Shown: positions 50,233 through 62,200 of the stretch, piece after piece | How the letters are laid out: each line of letters starts with the position of its first letter | Numbering within the stretch: position 1 is the stretch's first letter | NCBI RefSeq assembly: GCF_030028105.1 | Contig: NC_092382.1 | Coordinates: forward strand, 1,674,001 to 1,738,000 | Origin: Mobula birostris | Lineage: Eukaryota | Reading direction: 5' to 3' | DNA length: 64,000 nt | Position numbers and translations under genes: made by a program | The notes under the pieces: generated by a model | Told to the model about the DNA's origin: nothing | The model's database searches: none | Seen by the model: the letters and a program-made list of their open reading frames with translations, nothing else

Positions 50233-51362
50233 TGTCATAAGGCGGTGGCTGGGGACGGCCCCAAGTGCAAGACACAGACACTGAAGTACTAGGGACAGGA
50301 CTAGGATACAGGGCGATGGCAAGGACATGGACACGAAAACCGGGAACCCGGAACAGGACTGGACAAGGGAGTTAGGAGCCCGGGCTTGGACTCCGAGCCA
50401 GAAACTTGACAAGGACCCAGTACCTGGGTCTTGCCTCTGGCTCGAACCCCAGAGCTAGGCAAGGACAAGGCTGGAATCTTCAGGCTTGAGGCTAGAGACT
50501 AGACTTGGCAGGAGGCAGGAGGCTGGAGTCTTCAGGCTTGAGGCTAGAGGCTAAATACTTGGCTTGGCAAGAGGCTAGAGACTTGGTTTGGCTTGGCAAG
50601 AGGCTAGAGACTGGAGACTTGGCTTGGCTTGGCTTGGCAAGAAGCTAGAGGCTGGAGTCTTCAGGCTTGGGGCTAGGCAGGAGGCTGGAGTCTTCAGGCT
50701 TGAGGCCAGGCAAGAGACGAGGCTGAAGGCTTGAGACTTGAGGCGAGGCTGGAGGCTGGAGGCAAGAGACTTCAGGCGAGGCGAGGCTGGAGGCAGAAGA
50801 CTTGAGGCGAGGCGTGGCTGGAGGCTGGAGGCAGGAGACTTGAGACGAGGCTGGAGGCTGGACGTAGGAGACCTGAGGCGAGGCAGGAGGCAGTAGACTT
50901 GAAGCGAGGCTGGGCTGGAGGCTGGAGACAGGCCCTTCCGGGGCAGGGCGCGGATCATCACAGAGGCAAGGGACTGGAAGGGACAGAACCAACCCCCGGT
51001 AACGGCAAGACGGTCTGGCTTACCTGGGCGGAGGCAAGGGACATGAAGGGAGCTAGGTACAGGGTGGTTCCTGGACAAAACTGCAGGCGAGACGAGGCGA
51101 GAGTTACCGGCAAGACAAGGCAGGGCAGGGCTTCAGGCGAGGAAACAGAAGGCAGAGGAAGGGATACAAGGAGTAAGGACAAGAACAATCCAGCAGCCAC
51201 GCCCTGGTCTCTGAAGGTATTTATGCAGCCAGTCCCAACGAGAACCAGCTGCCTCAATTAGCTCAACAAGAACAGAAACAGGGTAGATAGGGAAACCTGG
51301 AGCAAAGGTCGATAGACCGGACCGTGAACCGGAATACGGACTTTATGGACCGGACCATGACA
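50233..51362 (-). mobile_element. Solo LTR (1130 bp) with internal low-complexity tandem repeats
   Basis: TGTCAT...ATGACA termini; 5-bp TSD TTGGT (50228-50232, 51363-51367); TATA-like CATAAATA on the minus strand near 51218-51225; GAGGCT/GGCTT repeats at 50460-50930. Confidence 0.85.
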
Positions 51363-51929
51363 TTGGTAGAGAGTGCGGTCCGTGACAGTGAAAGCGAAGG
51401 GATGGCGTTCCATTAGGATTGCAGACGATTGGAGTGGACGGAAACGGGTTGGGTCTGCTGTAGCAAAATTATTCCCATCTTCGATTTAATCCTGGGCTAT
51501 TACTCGACGCTAGATGTCCAATGGGATTGTTAATCGCTTTGCTCCTGAGATGTGCAAATCTCTGCATACCCTTCCTCCCTCCTACTTTCTGTGAATTCTC
51601 TTCCCCCTTCTACATCCGTCTCTACTCCACTTTCTGTCTCCCCAATTCCTTTCCTCCATCCCCTACGCTTCTCCCCGTCTGCGCGACCTCCTCGCTCCTC
51701 TACTTTTCTCCCCGTCTCTGTGATCTCCCCTCCAAATATTCATCTCGTATGTGTTAGTGTGCGTGTAGGGGAGAGGGGCATAGTGGAAGAGGGAAATGTT
51801 TCTTTGTGCCCCAATTCCATGCTGAACACGGCGGAGTCTCTTCTCTATTCTTTTTCAACCGAAACACATAGCTGATATATTTCACTCTCAGACGTTTTCT
51901 GTGTTTGGGCCGGGGAGGGCATAATTGAA

Positions 51930-52205
51930 CGATATGTACGGAGCTTCAGTCTGTGTGAACATGGCAGTGTGTAACGGGACGTTATGCAAGGAGTTTTCAC
52001 CTGTGTCTTCACGAGAATATGTGATAGGACGGTGCGGAGGGAGTTTCAGACTATCTCACTTCAGAACTGTGTTATGTGCCGATGCGGAAGGAGCTTCACT
52101 CAGTGTCTGACCCCAGGACTGTGTGAAGGGAGCATCACGTTGTGTCTGAACTGGTAGTGTTTGACAGGATAGTCGGGACGGAGCTTCACTCAGTGTTTGA
52201 GGACG
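51930..52205. repeat. Degenerate ~50-bp tandem repeat (GGAGCTTCACTCAGTGTCTGA core)
   Basis: The core recurs at ~51941, 52041, 52091, 52129 and 52180. Confidence 0.6.
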
Positions 52206-52549
52206 GGGTTCCATTCCCTATTCTTCTCCTGTTCGGGACCTTAGGGGATGGATGTCAAATAGTTGAGTTTCTAATCTGATTAGTCATATCCAATATGAGA
52301 TCAATATTCCCCGATTTGCGATTAGCTTTTCCCCGTTACTGCCCAGCTCCTGCAGGAGATGGAGGCAGGAATTATTTGTGGGATGCGCTCGCCGCCCCCT
52401 TTCCGGGCTTCCTTATTCTTCAGCTCCCCTCTCTAAGATAGACGCCCCTCCTTACTTCTCCCCCTTCCACACCACTGCGTCTTTGCACAGCGCACCCCTC
52501 CCTCCTCACCGTCCCTCCTCCACCTTATATGTCCGAGGATGCAAACGTG

Positions 52550-53475
52550 TTTATTTCAGATATGTAAAGAGCAAAGGAGAGTCAATAGTGGATATGATGC
52601 TGCAGAGGTGGTAATGGGTGGGGGACAAAGGAATCACGGACCACCTGGAAAAGTGCAAATATCACTCCACTCCTTAAGAAGGAAGAGAAACAAAACAGGA
52701 AATTATAGGCTAGCTTGCCAGACTACAGTTTTAAGGAAAATATTGGACTACTTTACTAAGGATGAGTTTTCAAAGTACCTGGAGACACCCAATACAATAG
52801 GACAAAATCTGTTTGGTTTCCTGAAGAGGAAATATTGCTCGCCGTCTGTTGTATTTTTTGAATAAATTACAGGCAGTGTAGACGAAGGAGTAAATGGGTA
52901 TTGTTTACTTGGATTTTCAGAAGGTCTTTGGCAGGGTGCCGCTCATGAAGCTGCTTAAAAAGATAAGAGATTGCGACATTACATGAAATATTCTGGCATG
53001 GAGAGCTATGTAAAACTCCAGAGGAGTGGTGCGTATAATCCCGATTGCCCCGTCATGGGAGAGGAGCGGGCTGAGGGTGAAAATAAGATTACAAGAGGAA
53101 TGCATAGAGTAGAGAGACAACATCTTTTACATGGGTCGAAATACCGAATGACAGAGGGCATATATTTAAGGTGAGATGGGGTAAATCCAAAGGAGATAAG
53201 GAGGGTATCGTTTTTTTTAAACACAGACTATGGTGGACCCCTGGGGTGGTGCTAGTAGCATATTCATTGAGGGCCTTTAAGAGGTGCTAAGATATGCACC
53301 TAATTTTAGGTGAGTGAAGGAAGTTTTAGTGGGGGTGTCTTATTTTTACAGAGAGTGGCGGGTGCCTGGACTGCCCTGCCGAGAGTGGTGATTGGAACAG
53401 ATGCATTAGCAACATATAAGATACCCTTAGATAGGCACAGGGATGATATAAAAATGGAGGTCTATGGACTGTGTC
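52550..53475 (+). mobile_element. Old CR1 fragments
   Basis: GNYR, YLDFQK.F.RVP and FLQRVAGAWTALP remnants. Confidence 0.65.
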
Positions 53476-54191
53476 GTGGGGATAGGTTGGAGAGAGTTCG
53501 GGGGCGGAGGCGCGAGGGAGGGGCAGAAGCGAGGAGAATGTGCGGGGCTGGAGTTTGGGGTGCAAGGAGAGCGCGAGATGGGGGGCGAGGAAAGTGTGGA
53601 GTGGTGTAGCGAGCAGAACGCGGGGGTGGGACGACGAGCAGAGGGCGTTTGGTGGCTGTTGAGCGAGGAGTGCGCTGGGTTGGCAGCGGTTGGGCGGGGG
53701 AGGAGTCCTGGGCATGTATCTTTGCGAGACCGACCTCCTTCAGCCACGAGCTGAGACGTTACTGGCTCAGCGTGTGGAGATCTGGCCCTCTGTTGCAGTG
53801 CACGGGGCACCGGTAAAACCAGGTTGCAGTTTATCCCGAAATAAGACTCAAATCCAACACCAAGACAGGAAGATACTCAGCCTATTTATTTCATCATGAC
53901 AAATGTAAATTAAACAGTGTATGACTTTATAACTTGTGGGAATAAATACGCTTGCTCAAAGTCATTTAGTCACACACAATTAACTACCAGCGACAACGAG
54001 TGACAGGTTGAATAATCAGTCCCGTTTCTCACAGTCACTCTGCGTCAGGGAACCGATGATTATAAAATCGCATTTCAGAGTCGTGTTCGGGATCTAGGGT
54101 GACTACCGAGGTGTTTGTCAAATTAACATCATTATATCTGCTAGATTGCTAAATGTACTGTTGTCAACAATGTGAGAAAAATAATTTCCTT

Positions 54192-54320
54192 AGAAACAAG
54201 AGAAAATCTGTAGATGCTGGAAATTCAAGCAACACACACAGTATGCTGGAGGAATTAAGCAGGCCAGGCATGGAGAAGAGTACAGTCGATATTTCGGATT
54301 GTGGCCCGTCAGCAGGACAC
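54192..54320 (-). mobile_element. Penelope pLTR remnant in the predicted 3' UTR of the NLR-like gene
   Basis: agatgctggaaattcaagcaacacacac... plus a degenerate hammerhead (CTGCTGA...GAAA on the minus strand). Confidence 0.7.
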
Positions 54321-54572
54321 CCCGGTATCCACACCGCTGGGCTCTCCCTGCCTGTCTAATCCCCCAAGGTACCTCTGGAGAAACACACACCCGGGCAGCC
54401 ACTGGACAGAAGGCAGAATTACGTGATTGTGAATTCGCCTCTGACGTCATAGAAGCAGGGTCCGTGAGAAGCGTTGGGAATTAAGCCTGGAGCACGGCCG
54501 TGAAAGGGAAGGGCGGGAAATCGGCCAAAATGTTCCCATCCCGCGGACGGGGATGTTCACACATTCAGATAT

Positions 54573-55889
54573 TCACACGATCACTTTCAGTCCGGGTCTG
54601 TCTTCCTGTAGAGATCTCAGTTCCTTCTCCCCAGTCTGACTGAACTGATTTTCCCAGAGCCTGAAACAGATGGAAGAATAAAGATGAAATAAAGAGATTA
54701 CACAACATTGTCAGTACCAGCGGGCTGGGGTTAATATTTCAACAACACTCACAGACAAATATTACCAAAAAACCCGTGGATCCACATATCCGATGATATT
54801 TTAATCACATTCAACATCAAACACAAATGCTCACCAGATCCTCTCCAGACTCGAGAGGGTCAACATGAGACGGCGGAGAGCGGGGACAGATCCGTCTGTA
54901 AGCGAGTTTGATACCAGACTCAGACCTGTCACTGATAGGTTTGTACTCAGAGCGGGGAGGAGATCCTCGGCACCAGAATCTGTGAGACCGACCTTCCCCA
55001 GCCTGGAGATGAGAGAGAGTGAAGGTGAAGGACACAGAGAGACAGGAGACGGTACAAATCCCCAGTGTTTATCAGTAACACAATTACTGATCACATTAAT
55101 GTTCATTGTCAGACACCCAGTGACGGTAATCACAATCTCCCACAGTCTGGTACTTACTCCAGTGTCTGTATTTTGCACTCCAGATTCCACAGAGAAGCAA
55201 ATATCAATTTCACTCCTGAATCTCCCAATTTATTATCAGTCAGTTTTAGCTCCGTCAGTGATGGCTTTGTACTGAGAATAGAAGCGAGATCCTCGGCACC
55301 AGAATTTGTGAGACCGACATTTTCCAGACTAGAGATGAGAGAGAGTGAGGGAGAAAGACACTTAGACAGGAGACGGTACAAATCCCCAGAGCTTATCGGT
55401 ACAATTACTGATCAAATTAATGTTCAGCATCAGACACCCAGTCACTGTAAACACAATCTCCTACAGTCTGGTACTTACTCCAGTTTCTGTATTTTACACT
55501 CCGGGTTCCTCAGAGCCGCAGACACCAGTTTCACTCCTGAATCTCCCAGTTCATTACCACTCAGATCCAACTCTCTCAGTGATTGGTTTGTACAGAGAGC
55601 GGAGGCGAGATCGTCGGCACCAGATTGGGTGAGACTGACCTTGTGTAGCCTGGAGATGAGACAGAGTGAGGGTGAAGGACACAGAGAGACAGGAGACGGT
55701 ACAAATCCCCAGTGTTTATCAGTAATACAATTACTCATCACATTAATGTTCAGTGTCAGACGCAGTGACTGTAAACACAATCTCCCACAGTCTGGTACTT
55801 ACCCCAGTTTCTGTATTTTACACTCTGGGTTCTTCAGAGCCGCAGACACCAGTTTCACTCCTGAATCTCCCAGTTTATTCGCCCCAAGT
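54573..55889 (-). CDS. NLR-like (NACHT-LRR type) gene, last five LRR-coding exons: 55803-55889, 55479-55649, 55158-55328, 54835-55002, 54573-54660
   Basis: Exons of 87/171/171/168/88 nt, all AG/GT-bounded and phase-consistent, encoding ribonuclease-inhibitor-type LRRs (NKLGDSGVKLVSAAL.NPECKIQKL, LT.SGAEDLASAL.TN.SL.EL.L); stop at 54573-54575; minus-strand AATAAA at 53885-53890. No NACHT exon is visible in the window. Confidence 0.88.
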
Positions 55890-56224
55890 CTAAACACAGA
55901 AAAATTAATGAACAAAGTTATTCAAATCGTGGGTTTGAGGGAATTTCTCTCACTCGGATATTTCAGGAAACATTAAACCCTTCAGTGAATCACTGATCGG
56001 AGTTCCCATCACTGTCAATATCCCTCACTGCCCAGCTCCAGGGTATACACCGAATGTCAGTAATTTAGTCTGTCAGTGTGACCCTGTAAACTCTACATAT
56101 TCTGTCTCATTCCCTGATGGTGAGAAAAACGTGCCTGATGTGAGAGGGTCGGAAGGGTGCAAACAGCTTTCCTAGAGAAGAGCTGTCCGTGGGAAATTGC
56201 TCAGGGGAGATGCTGCAAGTTACA

Positions 56225-59200
56225 CCCAACGCAGGAAAAGGGATGGGTAGACAGATGGGAAATGAGGAAGGAGGAGAGAGATCATCACAGGGCAACGGGA
56301 ATGGGGAAGTGAAATCGCCAAAGAGAACATTGGAAAGAGAGTTTCCAGAGTGGGAAGGGAATTAGGGAGGACAGATTCCACAGGAGGAAGAGAAAATAGG
56401 GAAGGACGGTAACAAGAAGGATCCGGGAATGGGAAGTGAGATCCCAGGCGCGAGACATGCGGAAGAGATATTCCCTACTGGAGGAAGGGAGAGACAGGAG
56501 GAAGGGGATGGTTAAAAACACCTGACAGAAGCAAGGCAGACGGGGAAGAGAGATCCAACAGGAAGAAGATGAAGAGGGAAGAGACATTCCAGTGAAGGGA
56601 GGGGGTCGGAAAGTGTGATCCCACAAGAGGAAGATGGACGGTAAAGGGAGATCCCACAGGACGGTGTATGATGGGGAAGAGGGATACCCAAAGGTGGAAG
56701 AACAACAGGGAATGGTGATGGGGAAGAGAATTCTCACAGTAGGAACGGTGATGAGGAAATAAGATCCCACAGGAGAAAGCGGACTGGAAACTGATATCTC
56801 CCAGCAGAAAGGGGGACGGCAAAAAGGATGCCATGGGCAGAAGGGGGACGTGAACTGAGATTACACAGGATGAAAGGAAATGGGGAAGAGCGATCTCTAA
56901 AGGTGGAAGTAGCATGGGGAAGAGAGTTCCCAAAGGCAGAAGGTAGTTGCAGAAGGGAGATGCCTGCAGAACGAAGGGAGATGGGGATGGAGATCGCCAC
57001 AGGGGGAAGGCGGATGTACATGAAAGATCCGACAAAAGGGGCGGTGATGTGGCAGAGATCCAACAGGAGCAAGGCGCATGCGTAACAGGCATACAACAGG
57101 AGGAAGACCGATTGGGAAGAGAGATATATACAGAAAGAACGGGACATGGAGGAGGGATCCCCAAATGTGGAAAGTGCATGGGGAAGGATTCGCACTTAGG
57201 AAAGAGTGATGTGGATCCCACAGGAGAAAGGGGGATAGGGAATAGAAATCCCACGGGAGGAAGGTGATGGGGAACAGAAATCCCACACGTGGGGGAGGGA
57301 TGTGGAAGAATTATCCGACAGGAGCAAAGCTGATGGGGAAGAGAGATCAGACGGGAGCAAGCCGGATGATAAAGAGAGATCCCATTGAAAAAAATCGGGA
57401 CGGCGAGGAGAGATCTCCAAAAGACGCAGGGACTGGTGAAGGGAGATGCCACAGGAGGAACGGGGATGCGGAAGAGAGATCATAGACAGGGAAGTGGAAT
57501 GGCTAAACAATATCCCCACAGTGGGAATGGAGATATGGAAGGTATATGCAACAGGATGACTGGCGTTGCGAAATAGAGAAGCCCAAAGGAGGAAGAGGGA
57601 CGGGGAAGAGAGATTACAAACAATGAAGGAAACCTCGATGCCACAGGAGCAGAGAGGTTCCACACGAGGAAGGGGGATTGGGTAAAAGTGATTCCACATG
57701 AAGAAGGGGATGGGGAAGGAAGTTTCCAAAGGAGGAAAGGGGGTGTGGAGAGAGAGCGAGCACACGGGAAGAAGGGGTTTGTTAAAATAATGATCACCGG
57801 AAAAGGATGTGGGATTGGGCAAAAGAGATCTCAAAGGAGGGAGGGAAAAGGTACGGGTGATCCGGCAGTTGGAGTAAATTGATCCGGCAGATGGGTAAAA
57901 CAGATACAAAAGGATGAAACGAACGGAGGAGAGAACACTCAAGAGTAAGGTGGGTGGAGAAATGGAGACCCCACTGGAGGAAAAGGACTTGGGAAGGGAG
58001 GTCCCATGGCATAAAGGGAGAGGGAAGCGATATCCGATATTTGGAAGACGGGATGGGCCATAGAGATCCCAAAGGAGGAATTGGGATGGGGAGCAGAGAT
58101 TTCACAAAGCAGAAAGTATGGGAATAGCCACAGAGAATGAGCTATAGAGATCCCAGAGAAGGATAGAGGATGGAGAAGAAAGGTCGCACAGGGAAGGGGA
58201 TTGGAAAGAGATTTCCGACTGGAAGAATGGGGATGGTGAGATAGATCGCATAATAAGAGGAGGGTGATTTAAAACAGGTCGCTATAGGTGGATGGGGAAG
58301 TGATTTCAGACAGGAGGAATGAGGATGGGGAGATAGATCTGACGATCGGGAAGAGTATTCGCAGAGGAGGAACAGGATAGGGGAAAAGAGATACGTACAG
58401 GAGGAAGGGCAATGCGGAAGACTGATTCCACAGGAGGAAGCGGTTTGCCGAAGGAAGATCACAAAGAATATGGGGAAGAGGGATTATTGAGGAAGAAGGG
58501 AGATCCAATAGGAGGAGAATATGGGTGGGGAAGTAGAATTCTACAGGAGGAAGGGGTTTGGGGCAAAGAGCTCTCACAGAATGAAGTGGGTGGGTAAAGA
58601 GATCTCAAGGGTCTAAGGGAGATGGGAAGACAGGTCCGGCAGTAGATATGGGGATGGAGAACAGAGATGTCACAAGGTGGCGGATGGGGAAGTTAAGGCC
58701 CCGAGATGGAAGTGGAATGGGGAGATGAGTCCCACAAGAGGAAGAGAGATGCCACAGGAGAAATAGGGAGAAGGAAGCCATCACTCTCCTCAATACTCAG
58801 AGTCTGGACTGATATCTACATCATTTATTATTATATTGTAATTTGTCCTCTACTGTGCCTATTGTCTTGTTTATTAATTATTGTACTGCCCTGCACTGTT
58901 TGTGCACTTTATGTAGTCCTGAGCAGGTCTGCACTCTAGTGCAGTTTTTATGCTGTTTTATGTAGTCTAGTGTAGCCTTGTGCTGTCTCACATAGTCTAG
59001 TGTAGTTTTGTGTTCTTTCATGTAGCACCAGGGTTATGGAGGAACGTTGCTTCGTTTTTTACTGTGTACTGTATCGGCAGTTTATGGTAGAAATGACAAT
59101 AAACTTGACTTGAGTTGACTTGAGATCGAACATCAGAAAGGAAGATAGGGAATGAGAGATATCAAAGGAGAAACAGGGAAAGGGGAAAGAGATACCACGG

Positions 59201-62200
59201 GAGCAATTGGAACTGTGAAGGGAGAGCCGGCTACTGGAAGGGGGGATGGGGAAGAGAAAATCTCACAGAAGGAATGGGGTTAGGAAAGAGAGACTTCCCA
59301 AAGCAGAGTGTGATCGGGGATGGATAGATGACCGGGAAAAGAGAGATCCAACAGAGGGAAGAGAATTGGGGAAGAGAGTTCCGACAAGAGAAAGGAGGGT
59401 GGGGAAGAGAGATAGCACAGAAGAAAGTGAGTTTTGAAAAAGTTCGCTACAGGTGGATTGAGGATGACAGAGACCTGACAGGAGGAATATGGATGGGAAG
59501 AAAAAACTGAGGAAAGTAACGGGAATGGGGAAGGGAGATCGCTACGCGGGGGATAGGGTATAGGTAGGAGAGATCCCACTGAAGGAAGTGGAATGGGGAA
59601 TAGAGAAGACACAGGAACAACAGGGGTAGTGAACAGAGATTCTCCGAGGAGAAGGGGGGATGGAGAAGAGTGATCCCATCCTGAGTAAGAGGGATGGGGA
59701 GAAGGGATCTCCAAATTAGGAAAATTAATTGGAAAGAGCGATCCAACAGGAGGTAGTGGAATAAGGAAGTTGATTACACATACGATGCAGGGGGATTGGA
59801 AAAGAGAGAGCCAACAGGACGCAGGAGGATGGGGAAGATAGATTGCCACTGGATTAATGGTGATCGAGTAAAAGATATCACAGAGGATGACACAGGATGG
59901 GGAAGGGAGACCATAAAGAGGGAAGGAGAATTGGGAAGAGATAACCACGGGAGTAAGGAGCAATGGGGAAGAGTGTTACCAGAGTGAGTGGTACAGGGTA
60001 GAGTGATCGCACAGGAGGAAGAGGGATGGGGAAGAAAGATCACACAGGGGAAAGAAGTAGAGTAAAATAGAGTGCCACTGGAGGAAGGACGAAGAGGGAA
60101 GATAGACCATAAAGAGGGAGGGGAAAGGGGAAACAAGATCTCCAGAGGAGAGATGGGGAAGAGAACTACACACAGGAGGAAGGTGGAGGGGAAAGTGACA
60201 TACCACTGCGGGAATGGGAAGGGAGCAGAGATAAGGAAGGAGGAAGGGGGATCCGGAGGAGAGATACCCATTTAAGAATGAGTGATTCTGAAGCAAAATC
60301 GGCATAGGGAAAAGGGGGGATTGGAGAAAGCGAGATCCCACAGGAGAAAGCGGGATTCTGGAGAAAAGTCCCACAGGCTACATTGGACAGAGAACAGACG
60401 TCCTTCAGGACAGTGGATGTGGGAACAGAGGTCCTACAGGAGGATCTTAAGCGAGGTCTCTTCAGGTGGAAGGGAATTGTGGAAGTGATATCCGTCACGA
60501 CGAAAGGTGATGGGGAAGAGAGATCGGATAAGATGAAGGGGAAGGAGAAGCAAGATCCCATAGAGTGAAGGAGATTAAGGAAGAGAGGTATTCACAGGAG
60601 GCATGAGGTAGAGAGATTCCACAGACGAAGGTAGAATAGGAAGGGAGATCACACAGGGGGAAAATAAATGTTGAAGTGACATCAGGCAGGAGGGAGCAGA
60701 TTGCAGAAGTGAGATCCCCAGAGAAGAAAGGGTGATGAGGAGGAGAGTACACCTCATGAAGGATAAGGACGAGAAGTTCTCACAGAAGAGTGGTGGATGG
60801 CGAAGAAATATTGCACAGGAGGAATGGGGAAGGAAGAACCTACAGGAGGTAGTAGAATAGGAAAGAAAGAGCCCACGAGTTAGAGGGATGAATGAGAGAT
60901 CCCGGCATTCAAAATATGATGAGGAAAAGGGATCCGACAGGACTAAAGGGCGTGTGGAAGAGAGATCCTACATGAGGACGGGATGGGAAGAGAGATTCGC
61001 ACATGCGGTAGAGTGATGGGCATAACAGATCCCCACAAGTGGGAAGGGACAGGAAAGGGAGATCCTGAACAAGAAAGGATGATGGAGAACTAAGACCCTA
61101 TACTAGGAAGTGTGACGAAGGGGGATATTTAAGACAGATGCCCTCTTCAGGAATGTTGATGCAGAAGAGAGATCCGTAGAAGGAAGGAAGGTTGGGAAGT
61201 GGGTTACCACATGAGGAAGGGGGATTTGGAAGAACGAACCACCAGGACGAAGGTGGATGAGGAAGAGATATTCCACAGGTGGAAGTAGGATTGAAGCAGA
61301 GATCGGACAGGAGGAAGGGCAACGAGGAAGGAAAGCTTCCACAAAATGAAGAGGGATGCATAAGAGACATCCCCACATCGGGAAATGTATTTGGGGAAAG
61401 AGATATGCCACAGGAGGAAGGGGAAGGGGGAAGGGAGATCCGAGTGTTGGAAAGGATGCTCACAGAGGGATGTGGAAAACACTTATCAAGAAGGAGATCT
61501 TGTGGGAGATCACACAGAGAGAATGGCATTGGGAACAGCGATCAGACTGCAGGAATTGGAAAAAGGGAGAGAAATCACAAGAAGTGAAGGGGCTAGGATA
61601 CAGAGATCCTCACAGGTAGTAGAAGGTGGAGAAGAGAGATCCCAAATGACGAGCCGGTTGCAAAAGAGAGTTTGGAAACGAGGAAAGGGGATGGGGAAGA
61701 GAGATTCGGGAGGATTAAGTTGGGATATCGCAACTGGAGAACGGGAGATGTGCAGGAGAAATTCCCCATGCGAATGTGGAATGGGGAAGTGCGATAGTTT
61801 TGGAGGAAGTGGCATGAGGAAAGGAGATAACCACAGGAGTAAGTGGGATGGAGAAGTGAGAGTCAGAGAAGTGGAAGAGGGATAGAGAAGGGAGGTCCCA
61901 TTGGTGAACATGTGACAGGGAGAATATATTCAACAAGAGGAAGGGAGATGGGTAAGAGTGAGCCAGCAGGACAATGTTGGATATGGAAACAGAGATCTCA
62001 CAGGAGGATAGGGGATGGAGATCGGACAGTTGGACGTGGGGATGGGAAGAGAGATCCCATAAGGGGAAGGGGAATGAAACGGAAAAGGTACCCACTGATG
62101 GGATGGCAAGTAGAGATACCTAGGAGAATGGTGTATAGGGAAGAAAGGTCACAGAGGGAATGGGGTGGGGCCGAAAGATTGCACAGGTGTAGGGGGAATG

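Noticed and set aside
50575-51261. Ser/Pro/Leu-rich ORFs
   Set aside because: They lie within the low-complexity repeats of the solo LTR.
54420-54540. Promoter call from a perfect CRE (TGACGTCA) and GC-rich motifs
   Set aside because: It falls in the predicted 3' UTR of the NLR-like gene, and isolated motifs are insufficient evidence.
54573-55889. Assignment to RNH1 or a specific NLRP/NLRC ortholog
   Set aside because: Only LRR exons are visible, and RI-type LRRs are shared across many genes, so no symbol is justified.
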